64,000 nt of DNA. It comes from Acanthaster planci. Taxonomy: Eukaryota. A model generated the notes under the pieces. That model was not told where the DNA came from and did not search any database. It saw only the letters and a program-made list of their open reading frames with translations. The stretch spans positions 2,379,107-2,443,106 of the forward strand of contig NW_019091355.1 of NCBI RefSeq assembly GCF_001949145.1, in the 5' to 3' direction. Position numbers and translations under genes: made by a program. Shown piece by piece: positions 23,201 through 38,213 of this stretch (position 1 is the stretch's first letter; every line of letters begins with the position of its first letter).

Positions 23201-26200
23201 CTGTCTGAAACTTTGTATCAGTGTACAGTTAGATTGTGTACATGTTCTTCCTTTTTTCTTTGTGACAGGCATTTCGCACAGAAGGAGCGTTTGGAGCAAC
23301 TGGTTTTCAGCGTCACCCCTGGAGTTGCCAAGATTCTGGATGAAATGGGAGACAAGCCATTCGCTCCCAAATGGACGATCGGCCAGATAGTGTACAATAT
23401 CTTGGGCACCCTGTGCTTTGCCAAGCGGTCAGTATAACTTTATTTGTAGTACATGTACGTGTAATTCAGATATATAGGTATAAGAAGCGATTTCAGTCGA
23501 GGTGCAACTGTCAACGCCAGTTCACCCTTTTTAGTCACCCATGCAGTGTTTGTGCCACGCCTTACAGGGTGCAAAGTCTTTTTGATCATTGAATCAAAAA
23601 GAAAATACTTTTTCAGACCAGACTGTTCTGTGAGTTTAGATAACAATGTTTATTCTCTAATTGTTCTCATTGTTACACTATGGCTCCCTATGTGGTATGG
23701 TCCAAACTGCAAATTGCAATCTCCAAACGTTTTACTGTCTACGTGAATCATGTTAACGCTACATCATTTTAATGAACAGGCTCACAAAAACATTGACAAT
23801 ATGGAATGGATTTTGACCCCACAAACACAGAGGTACATATACATGAACATTCTTTGGGTCTAATAGTTTTGGATGTCGCTCACTGTTGATCTGCAGGACC
23901 ATGTACTCATTGAGTATTCATGTCAGAACCTTCCCTCGTTTCCTGCCGAATTTGCCAAAACCTTTGTCACATTCATCAACATGCATAGGGGCCTACATGT
24001 TCGAACGATTTACCTCTGGTCATTTTCTCCCATGTTTTTTTTATTTTTTTCTCTCAAAGCTGAGAGTCTTTAGATTCTTTTGCAAACGTCAAACTGTGTT
24101 CTTTCAAGCACTCGTTTCGAACTGGACACTGGATACCCGCCATTCAGTTTCGCGTTGGGTGATTGAAAGGAGAATTAACTGTCATTTTCGTGTAGGCTGA
24201 CGAGCATGCGTTTTTGTGTGTTATCGTGACAGGTACAAATTCAACGATCCCGATTTGTTGGACTGGATCGACCTGAATACTGGCATAACCAAAGTATTTA
24301 GTAACGGATTACTGGGGGATTTCATAGCTATTTTCCAGTACATTCGCACTCCTTCCGACTTGAAATACCGGCGCCTCCTGAAGTCCTTCAGGAAAATGTT
24401 CAGTGACGAGTTAGACAAACACCAAGAGAGCTTTGATCCAGGTAATGGGGCTAGCAGCTATCATTTTAAGTAATCATTCAATTTTCTGTTTAATTAAACG
24501 CCAAGATATTATCTCATTGAACATTCCTTAAAGCCTTATCGGCATCTCTCTGTTTTCCCCCAGCTTCTTCCAAGTATGGGGAATTTTTATATTTTATTTT
24601 CGTTTTAATGTTGGAAAGACATCTGGGGGACGATAACATTTCTGAAAGCATGTAGAAGAAAAGGCCCAAAAAACTTAACATTCTACGTCAAAAGGTCTAC
24701 AAAATTTACACGCTAAAATTCCAAATTTTTGGCCCACTTCCCTCTACTAAACAACCCCCCCCGAGAAAATTTGTTTCTAAGTTACCTTTAATAGGATTAA
24801 TAGTCCGGCTGCATTGAAGCAATCTCACGGACATTGTGTCGTGCATATGTATACAGAGCCCCGTATTGTTTTGAATAACACTCCAAGCAAACAATTTCCT
24901 TTGTCTTCAGAGAACATCCGTGACTTTATGGATTCGTTGTTGCTGACCCAGAAAGAGAACATCGAAGCAGGAGAAGAAGGAGCTGACCGTCTGACAGATA
25001 CGCACCTCATCTACACTGTCATGGACATTTTTTCGGGTAAGGCCTTTGGAATTAGCTGTAACGAAAGACTGCTTCCCTTCAGTACAATTCATGAGTGCAT
25101 TTTTCTATACAGGTAAACACATGCTATTCTGAGATTGATTCCTGTGAATGAATCAGCTCCCTGGTCTTATACACGTCACATATAAAGACAATAATGACCC
25201 CACGAAAGTTCGGCCAAATGAAAATGTAAGCATAGTTCAATGCATCTTCCGTCTCACATCAGCGGGAACAGAAACCACCATTCTCACCCTTCACTGGGCT
25301 GTGCTCCTCATGGCCGAGTATCCTGAAATCCAGAAAAAGGTCGCCAGGGAAATTGATGAGGTCCTAGGTCGTGACAGCATGCCGTCGTTGTCCGACAGGG
25401 GCTCTTTGCCGTTCACTGAAGCCACTCTCCTGGAGATTTTCCGGTATGGCACGGTGGTACCACTTGGCGTCCCGCATTCTGTGATGGAAGACACAACACT
25501 GTGTATGTATCTCATCATGTATCACAACTCACTAAGACCCAGGAAAAGGTCAAACCAGCATTTTAGGCATTAATTACAACGCAGACAATCTGCAGTCTGT
25601 GGGTAGATGACAAGTACATCTACACCAATAAAATTACAGTATTCAAGGCACGTAAAACTGGATTATTATCAGCTATCGAATCAAATATTAACGGCCGACT
25701 GTACTGCAGATGTGAACGCTGGTTTAGATTACATGTCATTCTAAACTTGAAATTCGCAACGCTTGACTTTAGACTCCACTTGTACAAATGACCCAAGAGG
25801 TGTCCAAAGTGGTTATTGCAAAGAAATGTACACCAAAACGGTCGTTGGAATTTGGTGGAAACCTCTAAAATAAAGAAGACAAATATAATTCTAACCTCAC
25901 AAAAACCAACACATATTGTTTTCTTCCTGCTGTATTGCTTTTCTTGGCCAGGCGGATACAGGCTTCCCAAAGATACAGTTGTGATGGTTAACCATCTGGC
26001 CTTGCACTACAGCCCCACTGAATGGGAAGATCCTGAAAACTTCAAACCAGGTAACGCAGAACTAGTCTTTGTGGATGTCAGTTTTACAGATGATAGCTCA
26101 GGTCATCAAGCAGTAATGTCTTGCTTCAGAAACAGCAATGTCAAACGCAGGAGTAAGTTACTTGTGTACTGGTACTAAAACGCTTTGATAATTTGCCCCT

Positions 26201-26468
26201 TTTAGAGCGATTCCTAAACGACAACGGTCAGCTCCTTGCCAAACTTCCAGAGAGCCCCTTGCCTTTTAGCACTGGACGCCGTGTCTGCCTCGGCGAGGAC
26301 TTCGCTAAGAAGGAAGTCTTTCTGCTCTTCACCTGGCTCTTCGGCCGGTATACCTTCTACAAAGTACCAGGCAAAGAGAAGGAAACTGTGCTGAAGTTGA
26401 ATGAAGAACTGGTCCTGGCTCATCAGCCCTGTGATGACATTGAGGTCTGCGTTAAAAGACGCTTCTAG
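20208..26468 (+). CDS. Cytochrome P450, CYP17A1-like (P450-2), 9 exons, 506 aa
   Basis: Exons 20208-20358, 21995-22174, 22688-22781, 23269-23427, 24233-24441, 24911-25036, 25263-25502, 25952-26050, 26206-26468. Same phases as P450-1. Motifs [24 protein letters not shown]. Confidence 0.93.
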
Positions 26469-28156
26469 CCTCATTGAGAAAACGCAAAGCGAAAAAGCAT
26501 GATCATTTAAATCCTTCCCAAAATTGGGACCAAATAAGGCTTCCTTACCAGCATCTCACTGCGAAAGGTTAAGCCATGTCATTATTGGATGGTGCAGTCA
26601 CACCAAAAAAGCAAGGTGTGGAAAAAATCCATGAAACCCTTCGTTAAGAACCTTGAGTTAAAATGATTGCATTTTTTAAATACTGTATAAACTATTTCAT
26701 GAACGTCCGATTTTTAAAAATCGAAGTCGCGTCAACACTGATCCAAATTTTAATGGTGTATGTTCAACCAACGCCACCAATGTACAAAATAAGGATACAT
26801 CTATAAAATGGCTATGCATGTGTTGATTTCAGTTGCGTTAAAATTTCTCAAATCCACGTATTGTTTAATTGTGTATTTAAAATTCTCGCCAAGTAACTCA
26901 ACCGAAACAAAACTCATTTGAGTTTTGAAAATACGTGCATATCGTAAAGCCGTTTTGTGTCATGCAGTGTGTCATGATAGTGCCCGATCTATCGAGTACC
27001 AAAGTGTGACGTCACTGTGAACCAAAAAGTGTAGTGGCAACAAATGGAGCGGTACGCATGCGTGTTGGTTTCGCGCGCTGATTCTCGCTGTAATATACAC
27101 ACACAATTCCGCGCGTGACGTTGTCACTTCGGTAGGAAAGTTCATGCATTTAAAGTTACGGCTTTCCAATGAAACATTTAGCGTAGAATTTAATAGGCGG
27201 ATATTCCAAACTAAGCAAAAGAGCAAAATAATGAGGTTGGTTACGTCCAATTTGGTAAAACTTACAGCCGTGCCTTAGGATTGAATTATTGGTTCTTTAC
27301 CATCAAATACTGTTTTCTTTAGAGAGGTAACATGAAGCAATACCCAGCAATGCGTTTAATTTAGCGATTCATATTCATTCATAATTCAAAATAACAACTG
27401 TAGAGGTGATACTGTAAACTTAGTTATTCTCAACATGTCGAATTGGGCCAAACTTTGTAGTTTACCCAACAAATTCTGAAACGAGATATTCAACTATTAA
27501 ACTTCGACAACTGTCTGACACTGTATTTAGTGCATTTCAGAAAATCCGGTGTTCTTATCAATATACGCTGCTACATAATTTGTACCATAAATATATCATG
27601 TTGTACCACTGGCCAACTGGATAAGACCGTCGACAAAGGTATAAACTTGAAATTAACAAAGCTTTGCTTGAATAAAAGTATCTGTACTGCAGCCCTGACA
27701 GGCCAGCTGAATTCTCCAATTCAACTACTTCACAAAGCCTTAAGAATAACATTTTTAATATTCGGGTAAATTGGAAACGTCCCCACTTGGCAACCTGACA
27801 TACCAAAACCCATTCTTTGAGCGGCATTGGTAAGTTGTTTGATCTCTTTTCGGTCGGTGCTTTGGTGAGCGTGACTCACACTAGACGCAGAGCAAATAAA
27901 AACTGATGATATGAATGAACGACGGTGGAATCACGTGCGAGTCTTGGCTCGACCTTTGTTTGTGCTTCAATCGCAGTGATTGTGTTGATTGAAAGCTACG
28001 GTGTTGACAGACTGGTCCGTAACGCCACTTGCTCGAGTGAACCTATATGCATTCATAATCTCTGCTACCACGAAGTGACTCAACAGTGCATGATATGATA
28101 AGTAGCTATCGCGAAGCTGCACTGTCGAGCATTGCAATCGATCAGGAGCTGAAAAA

Positions 28157-31100
28157 ATGGAAGTCAACGGGGACGTTTACCTGAATGTTACCACGCTCTT
28201 GGTTGCTGTAGGAGCCCTGGTTGCCTACGCACTTTACAGAAGCGCCAAGCGGCCCGCAGGCTTCCCGCCCGGGCCAACCGCACTACCGCTTGTTGGAAAT
28301 ATTCCTCGTAAGTTCCTATTAGATGTGTTGTAGGCCAACTAATTGTACTTAGGCCTACATCACTACCACGTATGCCATCTGCCACGGCTAACGACCTCAG
28401 ATGTTCAACCGTTTAATTAACAAAGATCATAACAGACAGAATGAATTCCATATCCGGACATCACTAAACGAGCACCCTGTTCACCCCCAGATGACACTGG
28501 TCAAAAAATTCCAAGTGTTTCTAAGTAGATGCTTCAATATTTTCCCTGCTAAATTTGACTTTCTAGGTCATGTTTTCGCTTTCTCATGGTTGATATGACT
28601 ATAAACAAACTTTAGTGAAAGTATCGGGAATCCTTACCCTTGGCAAATTGGGTAAGGTCATTTTGAGATGATCTTGAAAAAAAAGAGATTCTCAATAAAT
28701 TGCACTCCTTCCAAACAAAGGCTTACGGAGTGATGATTGCCAGAGCACATGTATTATGTGCGTGCATACGTGTATGTATACTTTATAAATCAGTACAAAT
28801 CATATTAATATTGTTAATCACGTTTCCAATCCGATTCTCATTTGTCCCTTCTCGATTTCCAGAGTTTTACTTTGCAAAAACTACTCAACAAGGAGTCTTC
28901 AACGAGCTCTGGCAGAAATACGGAGCAGTCTATTCCTTGAAGTTTGCCAGCGGGGACGTTGTTGTGCTGAACACCATTGATGTGGTCAAAGAGGCACTGG
29001 TCAAGAAAGCTGTGGTGTTTGCTGGACGTCCTGAAACCTACTCACGTTAGTCAAGTAGTTCATTTTTAATGAATACACCAGATTGTCTAGATTTTTAACA
29101 CGCCAAATTACACTCTCCTGGATGAAAATAAAAACAATTTGTGAGCGGAATTCCTCAAAATTGAATACAATGCCAGGATCTCTTATTATTTTATGAGGGC
29201 ATAGGTCTGAAAATGTGGAGGAGTCCTGAACGATGGTAGTAAGGTATTGGTCGGGCTAAAATATCATGTTGTAGAGTTGAGGAAAGACTCTAAAGGTGTC
29301 AAGCTCTCAAGCATCGATTTTTGTTTTTGCAAAATGGAACTTGAAATTCAAGTTTGCCTGATATTTTTTATGAATTGTTCATTTCCTATGTTTTTTCATC
29401 CTGGCACCGTTCCATCATGTGCTTTATTTCTCTGATTCTAGTTGGATTGTTCACTGACGGTTTCAAGGACATTGCCTTCTCGACCTATGGCCCCCAGTGG
29501 CGTTACCAACGCAAACTAGGCCACACTGCGATCAGGTAAACAAAGAAGATTTGGGATCAATGACTTTCAGCCGATGGCTCTGTTACTTTCACACGATGGA
29601 CTGAAAGACTTTAAACAAGTTCGCAAGTGTTAATCACTGTTTTTTTTTCTAGATGATGTGGAGATAATACTTTTTTGCAAAATAGTACACAGCTACAAAA
29701 AAATCACTGAAGGGCAAATAAAGCAGAGGTACATGTATTCAAAAATCATGGCATCGATTAGAAGAATCATTGCATCTCGGTACAAAAAGGCTTTTAGAAA
29801 GGTGTGTGTGTTAAATGTTATTCTGTTGGCGTGCTTTGATGCTGCTACATAATAGGGAACACACGTAATATTAATCGAATTGGTTGTTGCTTTCACTCTA
29901 TCAAATAGAATTTGTCAAATAGCATCACGGCAGAATTTGTTCTGATCGCCCACTTAACGGAAAAGAGGGAAAGGCACGTGTCATTTTTACAACTTTATTA
30001 ACTTCCACACGTATCTTTGGCTCTGAAAAACCTGGGGACAATTTCTTAATGGCAGGCACTTTGCACAGAAGGAGCGTTTGGAGCAACTTGTCTCCACCGT
30101 CACCCCAGGAATTGCCAAGGTTCTGGACGAAATGGGAGACAAGCCATTCGCTCCCAAATGGACGATCGGCCAGATAGTGTACAATATCTTGGGCACCCTT
30201 TGCTTTGCCAAGACGTGAGTACAATGACTGTATATGTCTGGTAGCGTTAGTACCGTACAAACAGCAGGAGCAAGAAGAAAAATGTGCACATGCAATGTCA
30301 TCACAGTGACTGATGCGGCACCATCATCAAATCCTCGTTTTTGTCTTTTGTATAGTACTCTGTACAGTGGCTCATATACCAATAAATCATGCGTGAGCAG
30401 TTTTCATAACCCCGTGGCCTATAGGCCATTTTGGACACTTAACATAAAGATGTATGTATCTTGATAGAAAATTTCTCTAACAACCTTTAAAAACAATCAG
30501 CAAAGTTCGTCAACCAACTTTCAAATATTAACTGAAATACCAATGAATGCACAAAATCTTTTTGCATGGCCAAAGTTGGATAGTGCCACATGACCACGAC
30601 ACTCAGTGTTCAAACAAAGATTGTACAGTCAAAATCAATAACAAATCTTAACCCTCTCCGATGGCAAACATGGTCACCTGATCTTCTTAAGCTTGTGTTT
30701 GCACTGCACATGGCGTTGTGAGGACACGGGTAATTAGACTGCGGTTCGGAACATGGAATGATACCTGTCTGTTCTTGGTATGACATGAGATATTACGATC
30801 CCAATTTTTCATTCTGCTCGAGGTCTCATTCTTGATCTTCCTGTCTGCTCGGGATTTCAAAGCGCAGCCTCGTGTACTTGAAAGAGGCATGTGCAATTGT
30901 ACATTCAAGGGAGCCTGTTCTGATAGAAAGCACAGTGACCTGTTGTTAGCACATTCCCGATACATGTACGACTGGTGACCCCATTTTATCAGAGCAAGCT
31001 CCCTCTAAGGCTTGCGCAAAAGATCATGTTAAGGTAGCAGTACAACCTGTAAATTTCCACGGTGCCCAAATTTATCATGCATGCACTTTTCCTTATCAAC

Positions 31101-34100
31101 TCAGGTTCGCTGCTTACACCTGCACCTTCACCTTTTAGCGATTATCAGTGACAGGCTGAAACTAGGTGAAATATGCCAGTACACGTATTTTCAGAGTAAC
31201 TGTGCCAGCGCTTGTCATTTGCAGGGGAAAAGCAAGTATGGGAGTGATCTACATTAATTGAAAACCAAACAGGAAATTGTCTCATTATTAATCAAATTTG
31301 ACCGATGATTTTGACCACACAGTGGGATCGACATTTAAATTTTACTTGGTCACTTTCTTGGAACGTTTTGCCTTGGATACAAGAACAGTTTGCTACTGTC
31401 AAAAACTGCAATAATTGAGGCTCAACGTGTCAGACTTATGCGTTTTTTCTAAAGCATCGATATTCTGAACATGACATTTATCAGGTACAAATTCAACGAT
31501 CCCGATTTACTGAATTGGATTGATATCAACACTGAAATCAACAAAGCTTTTGGAAGCGGTCTGCCTGGGGATTTCATGACCATTTTCCAGTACATCCCAA
31601 CTCCTGCCGATACCAAGTTAAAGCGTCTGCTGAAGCCCTTCAAGCAAATGTTCCAAGAGGAGTTTGAGAGACACCGTGATACTTTTGATCCAGGTAATCT
31701 CACTCCTTATCAAACACCACAGATTCGCAATATTCCTGTAAATGAATTTACTGTTGTTTCCTTTAAATAATCAAATGACTGCTTTATGATTTTGCAAACG
31801 ATACATAAGCTTTCTAAAACTCCTAGCCACCTGTCAAAACCTCTTTTTCATCAAATAAAGTGGCTTTCCCGGCTGTGGGTTCGTCCATTGTTTTTCCTCA
31901 AATGAAAGTGGTTTCAGCCACTGTGTTTTGCTTGACAGATACATACACGTAACTGTAGCAATCGGCAGCACATCAAGATTTGCGTTCCGTGGTTGTTATA
32001 CAGACTGCTTTAGGTAATGTGTACGTAGAGCGTGTCCTAAACGGGCATCTAGAGCTGTCTCCGCCGCTCCACGTATTTCCAATGCAGTATAGAAATAGAC
32101 CGAGCTCTAGACAACAGATTCAGGTGCACCGTATTGTCTTAATAAGGCCAGACCTTTATACCACGTGCAGATTAGAATTACTGTTAATGCATCGGCATAC
32201 CAGCGTCCATGTTGCCATTAGAGTAGAGTTGGATGTAAATTCTAAGATTGCACGCATATATCAACGAACTTAGAAGAAGTTCTTTGTATGTGCTGTTTGC
32301 CCTTTACATTTGAAGCACCATTTTGTGGATGTCGTGTAAAGACATTATGCTAGCACATTTTCGTGTCCAACCGTAGAGAATATCCGTGACTTCTTTGACT
32401 CGTTGCTGCTGACCCAGAAGGAGAACATTGAAGCAGGGGAGGAAGGAGCTGATCGTCTGACAGACACGCACCTCATCCATACGGTCATGGACATTTTTGG
32501 AGGTATACCCGCGTGAACCCTGAAACTTCAGGTTTCCTCAGACCCTCTCTTCTCCCAACCGATCTCTTCTTCAACAGTCTTTTGAAACTTGGCCTGATTG
32601 TAAGAGTATCCATTATAAGCAGAAGTGTGAGATTAAAATTCAACTCAGTGTAGGGTATCGTTGTTCTGGCTTTTCATGGTTCACTCTCTAACACATTGGA
32701 TAATTCAATGAGCACAAGTCAGTCGGAAGGTCTTCAGCTTACCTGTCCTCTGTCAAAGTAGACATTTTATGAGAATAATGTGGTCAACTCCCATAAAACT
32801 AATGTTAATAACCACGAAACATGAATAATTATGAATATATTGTGGTGTATCAGAGAAAATATAGAACAGGTAAATTCAAACCTAATCCCTTCCCCCCAAA
32901 AAAATTATAATCCAGTTATAATCCATACCTTTTAAGGAGAAATGCAGTTGGGCACATCATAAACCATCTTTTTTCCGTCTCACAGCGGGAACAGAAACCA
33001 CCATTCTCACCCTCCACTGGAGCGTGCTCCTCATGGCCGAGTATCCTGAAATCCAGAAAAAGGTTGCCATGGAAATTGATGAGATCATAGGTCATGACCG
33101 GATGCCCTCATTGACTGACAGGGGTTCTTTGCCGTTCACTGAAGCCACCCTTCTGGAGATATTTCGGTATGGTACCGTGGCACCACTTGGTCTTCCGCAT
33201 TCTGTGATGGAAGACACAACACTGGGTATGTACTGCCTATCTAGTTTATCCATTAAGAGCCAAAATAAATGAAGATCTGGGCCGTACTACTGAAAACAAA
33301 TTGACACCATAGTGAATTTCTATTAGGGTCATGGTCGTGTAGTCGGTATCAAATAAATATTACAGTGACAATTCAGAAATTTTTAAATAATAAAGGCACT
33401 TCTTATCTCAAGGATCTTATATGGTGTTCTAAAAAATGCACGTTTCGTCGAGCTGTTGCGTCAGGTTGTCGTGCCATCACGTCATGCCTTGGCCTGTTTC
33501 CTCAATACTATTGAACAACCATTGCAGCGTGTCGCGTCGTGCCGTCGCCCTTTGCGACCTGTTGCAATGTCTTAATCAGCATTGAGAAAACAGGCGACGG
33601 CACGACGTCATGGACGACGCCACGACGCGATGCACATCGTCATCTTCAGAACGCATACAAGGATGCAATTATGACAAAACAGAACCGTATTTCAGTACCG
33701 TAAATGAAGACACAGGGTAGGCCTATTGGGGAAAAGGGGATGCACAACATTCTGCCTCCCAAAGCCCCCAAAGACAAAAAAGTACATGTAGGCAGCAGAA
33801 ACATTATCAGGCCGAATCACTGGAAAATCCACATCCTTCTCAGGTCGTTAAGAAAATCAAATATCCCTCTTTCTTTGGTTCCCGTTCATGTCAGTGTTCG
33901 ACACAAATGTGGCAAGAAACTCCAATAAAAAGTGGGATATTTAGACAATGCCATAACAATGTCGAGAGCGGCAATAAGCTACTGCTAAACTCAGCCGTGG
34001 CCCATTAGAGTCAAGTATGTGACAATTAAAGCAGGCTTCCATGAACCTGCTGAAGTTTTTCTCATCCAGGTGGATACAAACTCCCTAAGGATACCACTGT

Positions 34101-35026
34101 GATGATCAACCACATGGCCCTTCATTTCAACCCTGCTAAATGGGAGGAACCGGAAAAGTTCAAACCAGGTAACGTAGGAATTGACCCTTTAAGGGGCGGA
34201 ATCTGCCCCATTTTCCCGCCGATATCGCCAAAGTGTATTTTTTCACGAGCAGGGCCTTGGGTATTTTTTCAGTAGCTCTTTGCGGTCATTTCGACACCAA
34301 TTCTGTGAAATCCATCTCATAGTTCTTGCTTAGCGCCCATTTGTCCGAGACAGGTCAGCCAAATCCGTATGCCTTTCCACCGCCGAGCTCAATGCACAAA
34401 GGATAATAGCCTTGAACTTCAAATGAACGCATACTGGTGCGAGACTGGTGGCTGGAGGCTGGCCATGGCTTCTTCTCTTGACCTCATAAGTTAGCTCTCC
34501 ACTCTACTCCTCATCTCTCCCAAGGACGGCCAGAGCATCCTGGTCAAAACGTCGAGTTCACATGCACTCACCGGTTCTTCTCAGAACCACTACTCTTATA
34601 GAATTGATAGATTCCACATGTGTACCTGCAACCCTTCTCTCGGTCTAGCCTCCACAATACAAAGTTTTAAATCTTACCAAACCTATTACGTTTTGAAAAC
34701 TAGGTTTGACTTTTTTAAAACTCATTTTTCCATAAAAATACGCTGTCTCGTTTCAATATCTAGAACGTTTCCTAAACGACAACGGTCAGCTCCCTGCCAA
34801 GCTTCCAGAGAGCCTCCTACCTTTCAGCACTGGACGCCGTGTCTGCCTTGGCGAGGACTTCGCTAAGAAGGAAGTCTTTCTGCTCTTCACCTGGCTTTTC
34901 AGCCGGTATACCTTCTACAAAGTACCAGGCAAAGAGAAGGAAACTGTGCTGAAGTTGAATGAAGAACTGGGTTTTGCTCACCAGCCCCTCGATGACATCG
35001 AGGTCTGCGTTAAAACACTACTGTAA
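28157..35026 (+). CDS. Cytochrome P450, CYP17A1-like (P450-3), 9 exons, 507 aa
   Basis: Exons 28157-28307, 28863-29045, 29442-29535, 30056-30214, 31485-31693, 32377-32502, 32986-33225, 34070-34168, 34764-35026. All P450 motifs intact. Confidence 0.93.
33421..33657. mobile_element. Palindromic MITE in P450-3 intron 7; equivalent copy at ~44923-45157 in P450-4
   Basis: Internal inverted repeat CGTCGTGCCGTCGCC / GGCGACGGCACGACG and GTTCT..AGAAC ends. Present at the same position in both paralogues. Confidence 0.55.
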
Positions 35027-35401
35027 TTCAAATGGCATTCAGAAAAGTTGTTCGGAACATTTGTGAACTTTGTCAAAGATGGCTTTAACAATCTTTAGTG
35101 CAGCTCCTTTATAATACATGTAACAGCAATAATTGACCACCCCCACTATCAGTTGTGTAATATAGAAGGTAGCACATAACAACTCTCGTAAAGGAGTCTT
35201 TAGAAATTCATCTGGAAGTGTGCCCCGATCAGAAGTGTTCAAAGTCTGGATTTAGATTTCAACCCCTTTCGTAGGGAAAGTACCAAATTACTGCGGCGTT
35301 GATTCTCCTATACCTTGAATCACATTGACAGGTAGTTCCACATCATGCTTCCAACTTAGAGCCCTCTTAAAATAGCTTGGAGTGAGACGTAACATGTACC
35401 C

Positions 35402-35407
35402 AATAAA
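35402..35407 (+). terminator. Candidate poly(A) signal of P450-3 (equivalent at 46950-46955 for P450-4)
   Basis: AATAAA ~380-400 nt after the stop, in the same context in both paralogues. Confidence 0.35.
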
Positions 35408-38213
35408 GTTGTGAAGGTCATACTTAAATACCTTTTATGACACATTCGCGCTGGTAGTTAGTCAATGTATTTACAAAATTATGACTGACAGTTTTGTCGA
35501 AATGGTTACACTTGTGAACTGGCAAATATGCATCTTTTGACAGCTTCAAAATTCAAAATTCTTTACTAGTGCTTACCTTTAGCTATACATCATTTTAAAG
35601 ATTCTGGACCAAAGAAATTTGGTGCACCAGCATATCTCAATGAAAGAGGGTACGCTATGTAGACCTTGGCAAGCACCCGCTAAGTTTTTCATTGCAAACT
35701 TGCTGTGAACCGAGTATCAGCCAATTCAAAAACCTGACTCAGAAAAAAAAATTTGTGTCAAACGTTGCCTAAATTTTTAATGAAGTGGAAGAATCAGCAA
35801 CATGGTAACTGTAATATTTTGGTAAAGTGGTTTTGAAAATACTGCTTAAAGTTCAAATCAAAATTTCTCTGATCCATTACAGTCCGTAAATAGGTGGGGC
35901 AAGCTTGTGTGATGTATGGCAGAAACTTTAACTCCTCATGGTGATCTTCAAGCTTCGACATCACATGCATATACACAGTCATTTCATCCGTCATCCAGTG
36001 TGTCATAAATACATGTTGATCTCTCGCTGTTGGAGTTCATGATTCTTCAGCCTTCTTTGCTTTCCGTAGGTGTAGAGTTTAAACAGGCAGACATGGTAGT
36101 TTTTTAGAAAGACAGTAACCCTAGCTGGTTGCGTCAGATTTGAAATTAATTCGTTCCTCAATTCCACCAACGTAATTCTCTAAAGACAATACCTGCTTTG
36201 TAGTATAACAAATCGAATCTGTATTGAAGTAAATACCTTGAAACAAAGCAGGAGTTTTTTCAAAACGTAAACTTTACAAATCAGGGGCATATGTAGCTTT
36301 CAGGAAATGGGGGTTGGTGGGTGTACTGAAGGGATGGCCTGCTGAGGGGGTCCAAAAGCATCAACCACCGTTCCCTGATGAAAAAGAAAACTGAAATATA
36401 TATGGACAGATGGACGGCGCAATCCTAGTCCAAGACTTTCTTTTAATACTCATTTTCCGTCATTTCACTGGCAGTTCCATTTAGTCCGCGGCTGAATGGG
36501 TGGGGGTGCAACACCCCTCTAGATCTGCCTCCGCAAATAAAATATGTAGTGTGCCCCCAAAAATCCTGCTACATATATCAATCAAAGTTTGATAGAATTC
36601 GAAAAGAGTCTGACATTGACTAATACTAATAATAGCTTCGTATTATGTTGAGATTATAGAAATATATTGCACAGAAACTAATGATTGCGCACAAAGATTC
36701 TGCATTAAGTAAGCTTAGCAGATCCGTTAGTGTTAATCAATCTATGCAGCTATAAAACGTATACTGTTAAAGTGTTATATGTGTATATGCAATGATGCAC
36801 CGGATATGATGCAATAAAAGTTGAAAAAATACATTATGGAGACCAATAACAACTATCAATCTTGATAGCGGCTTTGACAGGCTGGCTAGATCCTCCAATT
36901 CAATCCAACTTTTTCAAACACTCTAAAAATGTTTAAATTTGGGCTAAAAATAGAGAATAAATGCGCTACTTGACATGCCAAAACTATGATTGAAACAGTA
37001 TGTAAGCTCGTGGAGACCTTTTTGAAATGGGCACTGGGTAGCATGATTGGTACCAATTTATACCATAAGGTATGATACAAACCACTGGCAAAGATCAGAT
37101 CGTGGACTACGATATAAAACCTAATGTGGGAGACTGCATCAGTTCACAGGACAGAAAGCCAGTCTATTTCTGAACCCAAATTATATTTTGTAAGCCACGT
37201 AACCAGTCTAGGTGTCATTTCGTTTACCTCCACAAATATACTTTGCATCATCACTACCTACAGAAATGTAAACATTATATTCATGCCCAACAGAAATGGG
37301 GCACCAATTGTAATTCTTTAAAGGCAGTACCTTGCAGAAAATAATATTGCTCAAGGGAAATTTAAATAAAGATCGCTCTAAGTTTACTTGGGGTGTGTTT
37401 ATAATTTGAGTATTTTAAGCGGCGTAGGAAAAGTGAGCAGACACACAGATTGACAGAGACGCGCGGATTTTGGTGCAAGTCTGCCGTTTCCAATCTTGGT
37501 CACGAGTTCGCCATGAGCTTTCTTCATGGCAATATGCTGAGCTAAAAATGGGTAATTTCCTCCGGAGCTTGTGGTGAGTAAATCCTTCATATGGTTTCTT
37601 GTGCCAGTGAGGTTCACTATAGGATGCATTTAATATTTTTTCTGTTAGTTTGGTATGCATGAATTTTAGGATTTGTACCTCCGTGCTCTAACCACATTTG
37701 CTCTGTTGTCCACAAACTGCATACATGCACATGTGTTACATGTAAGTGTTGAATCGAGCTGTGACTGTGCTTTTATTCGTTGTGTCCTTACTTGCTATTT
37801 CGCACGTCAATTTTCACTATCATTTGTTTGTATTTATATATTATTATATATATTATCGATGTTGTAAAGCACACGCGTACCACTACATTAACATTAGAAA
37901 ATTTAGCGGGAATAAAAGTATCTTTACTGCGGCTCTAAAAGGCTCATGTAGGCCTATTAACCCTACGAATAGCATTTTTATTATTCGAATAACGCTGCCA
38001 TCTGACACATCAAAAATTGTACTTTTAGCGGCACATATTGTGATACAAGTATTTCATAATCATCAAATTTTACTACTTGACTGGTGTTGCTGACGTGAAC
38101 TGCTGAGGCTTAGAATAGAGTCATTCTGCCGACTGGCAAAGAAGGAGGAGAAATAAACACACACAACTAATATCCATTCTTATCTTCCTGCTCTGCTATT
38201 TTTTCTTGGTCAG

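Noticed and set aside
30040..32510. Possible U12-type introns (acceptor CTTAATGGCAG with a weak pyrimidine tract; donor GTATACCC)
   Set aside because: No donor matches the U12 consensus RTATCCTT, and the matching introns in paralogues have ordinary U2 donors.
36840..38090. Possible transposase/RT remnant with patchy similarity to ~27550-27720
   Set aside because: No recognisable protein motif in any frame. Probably an old repeat that cannot be classified by eye.
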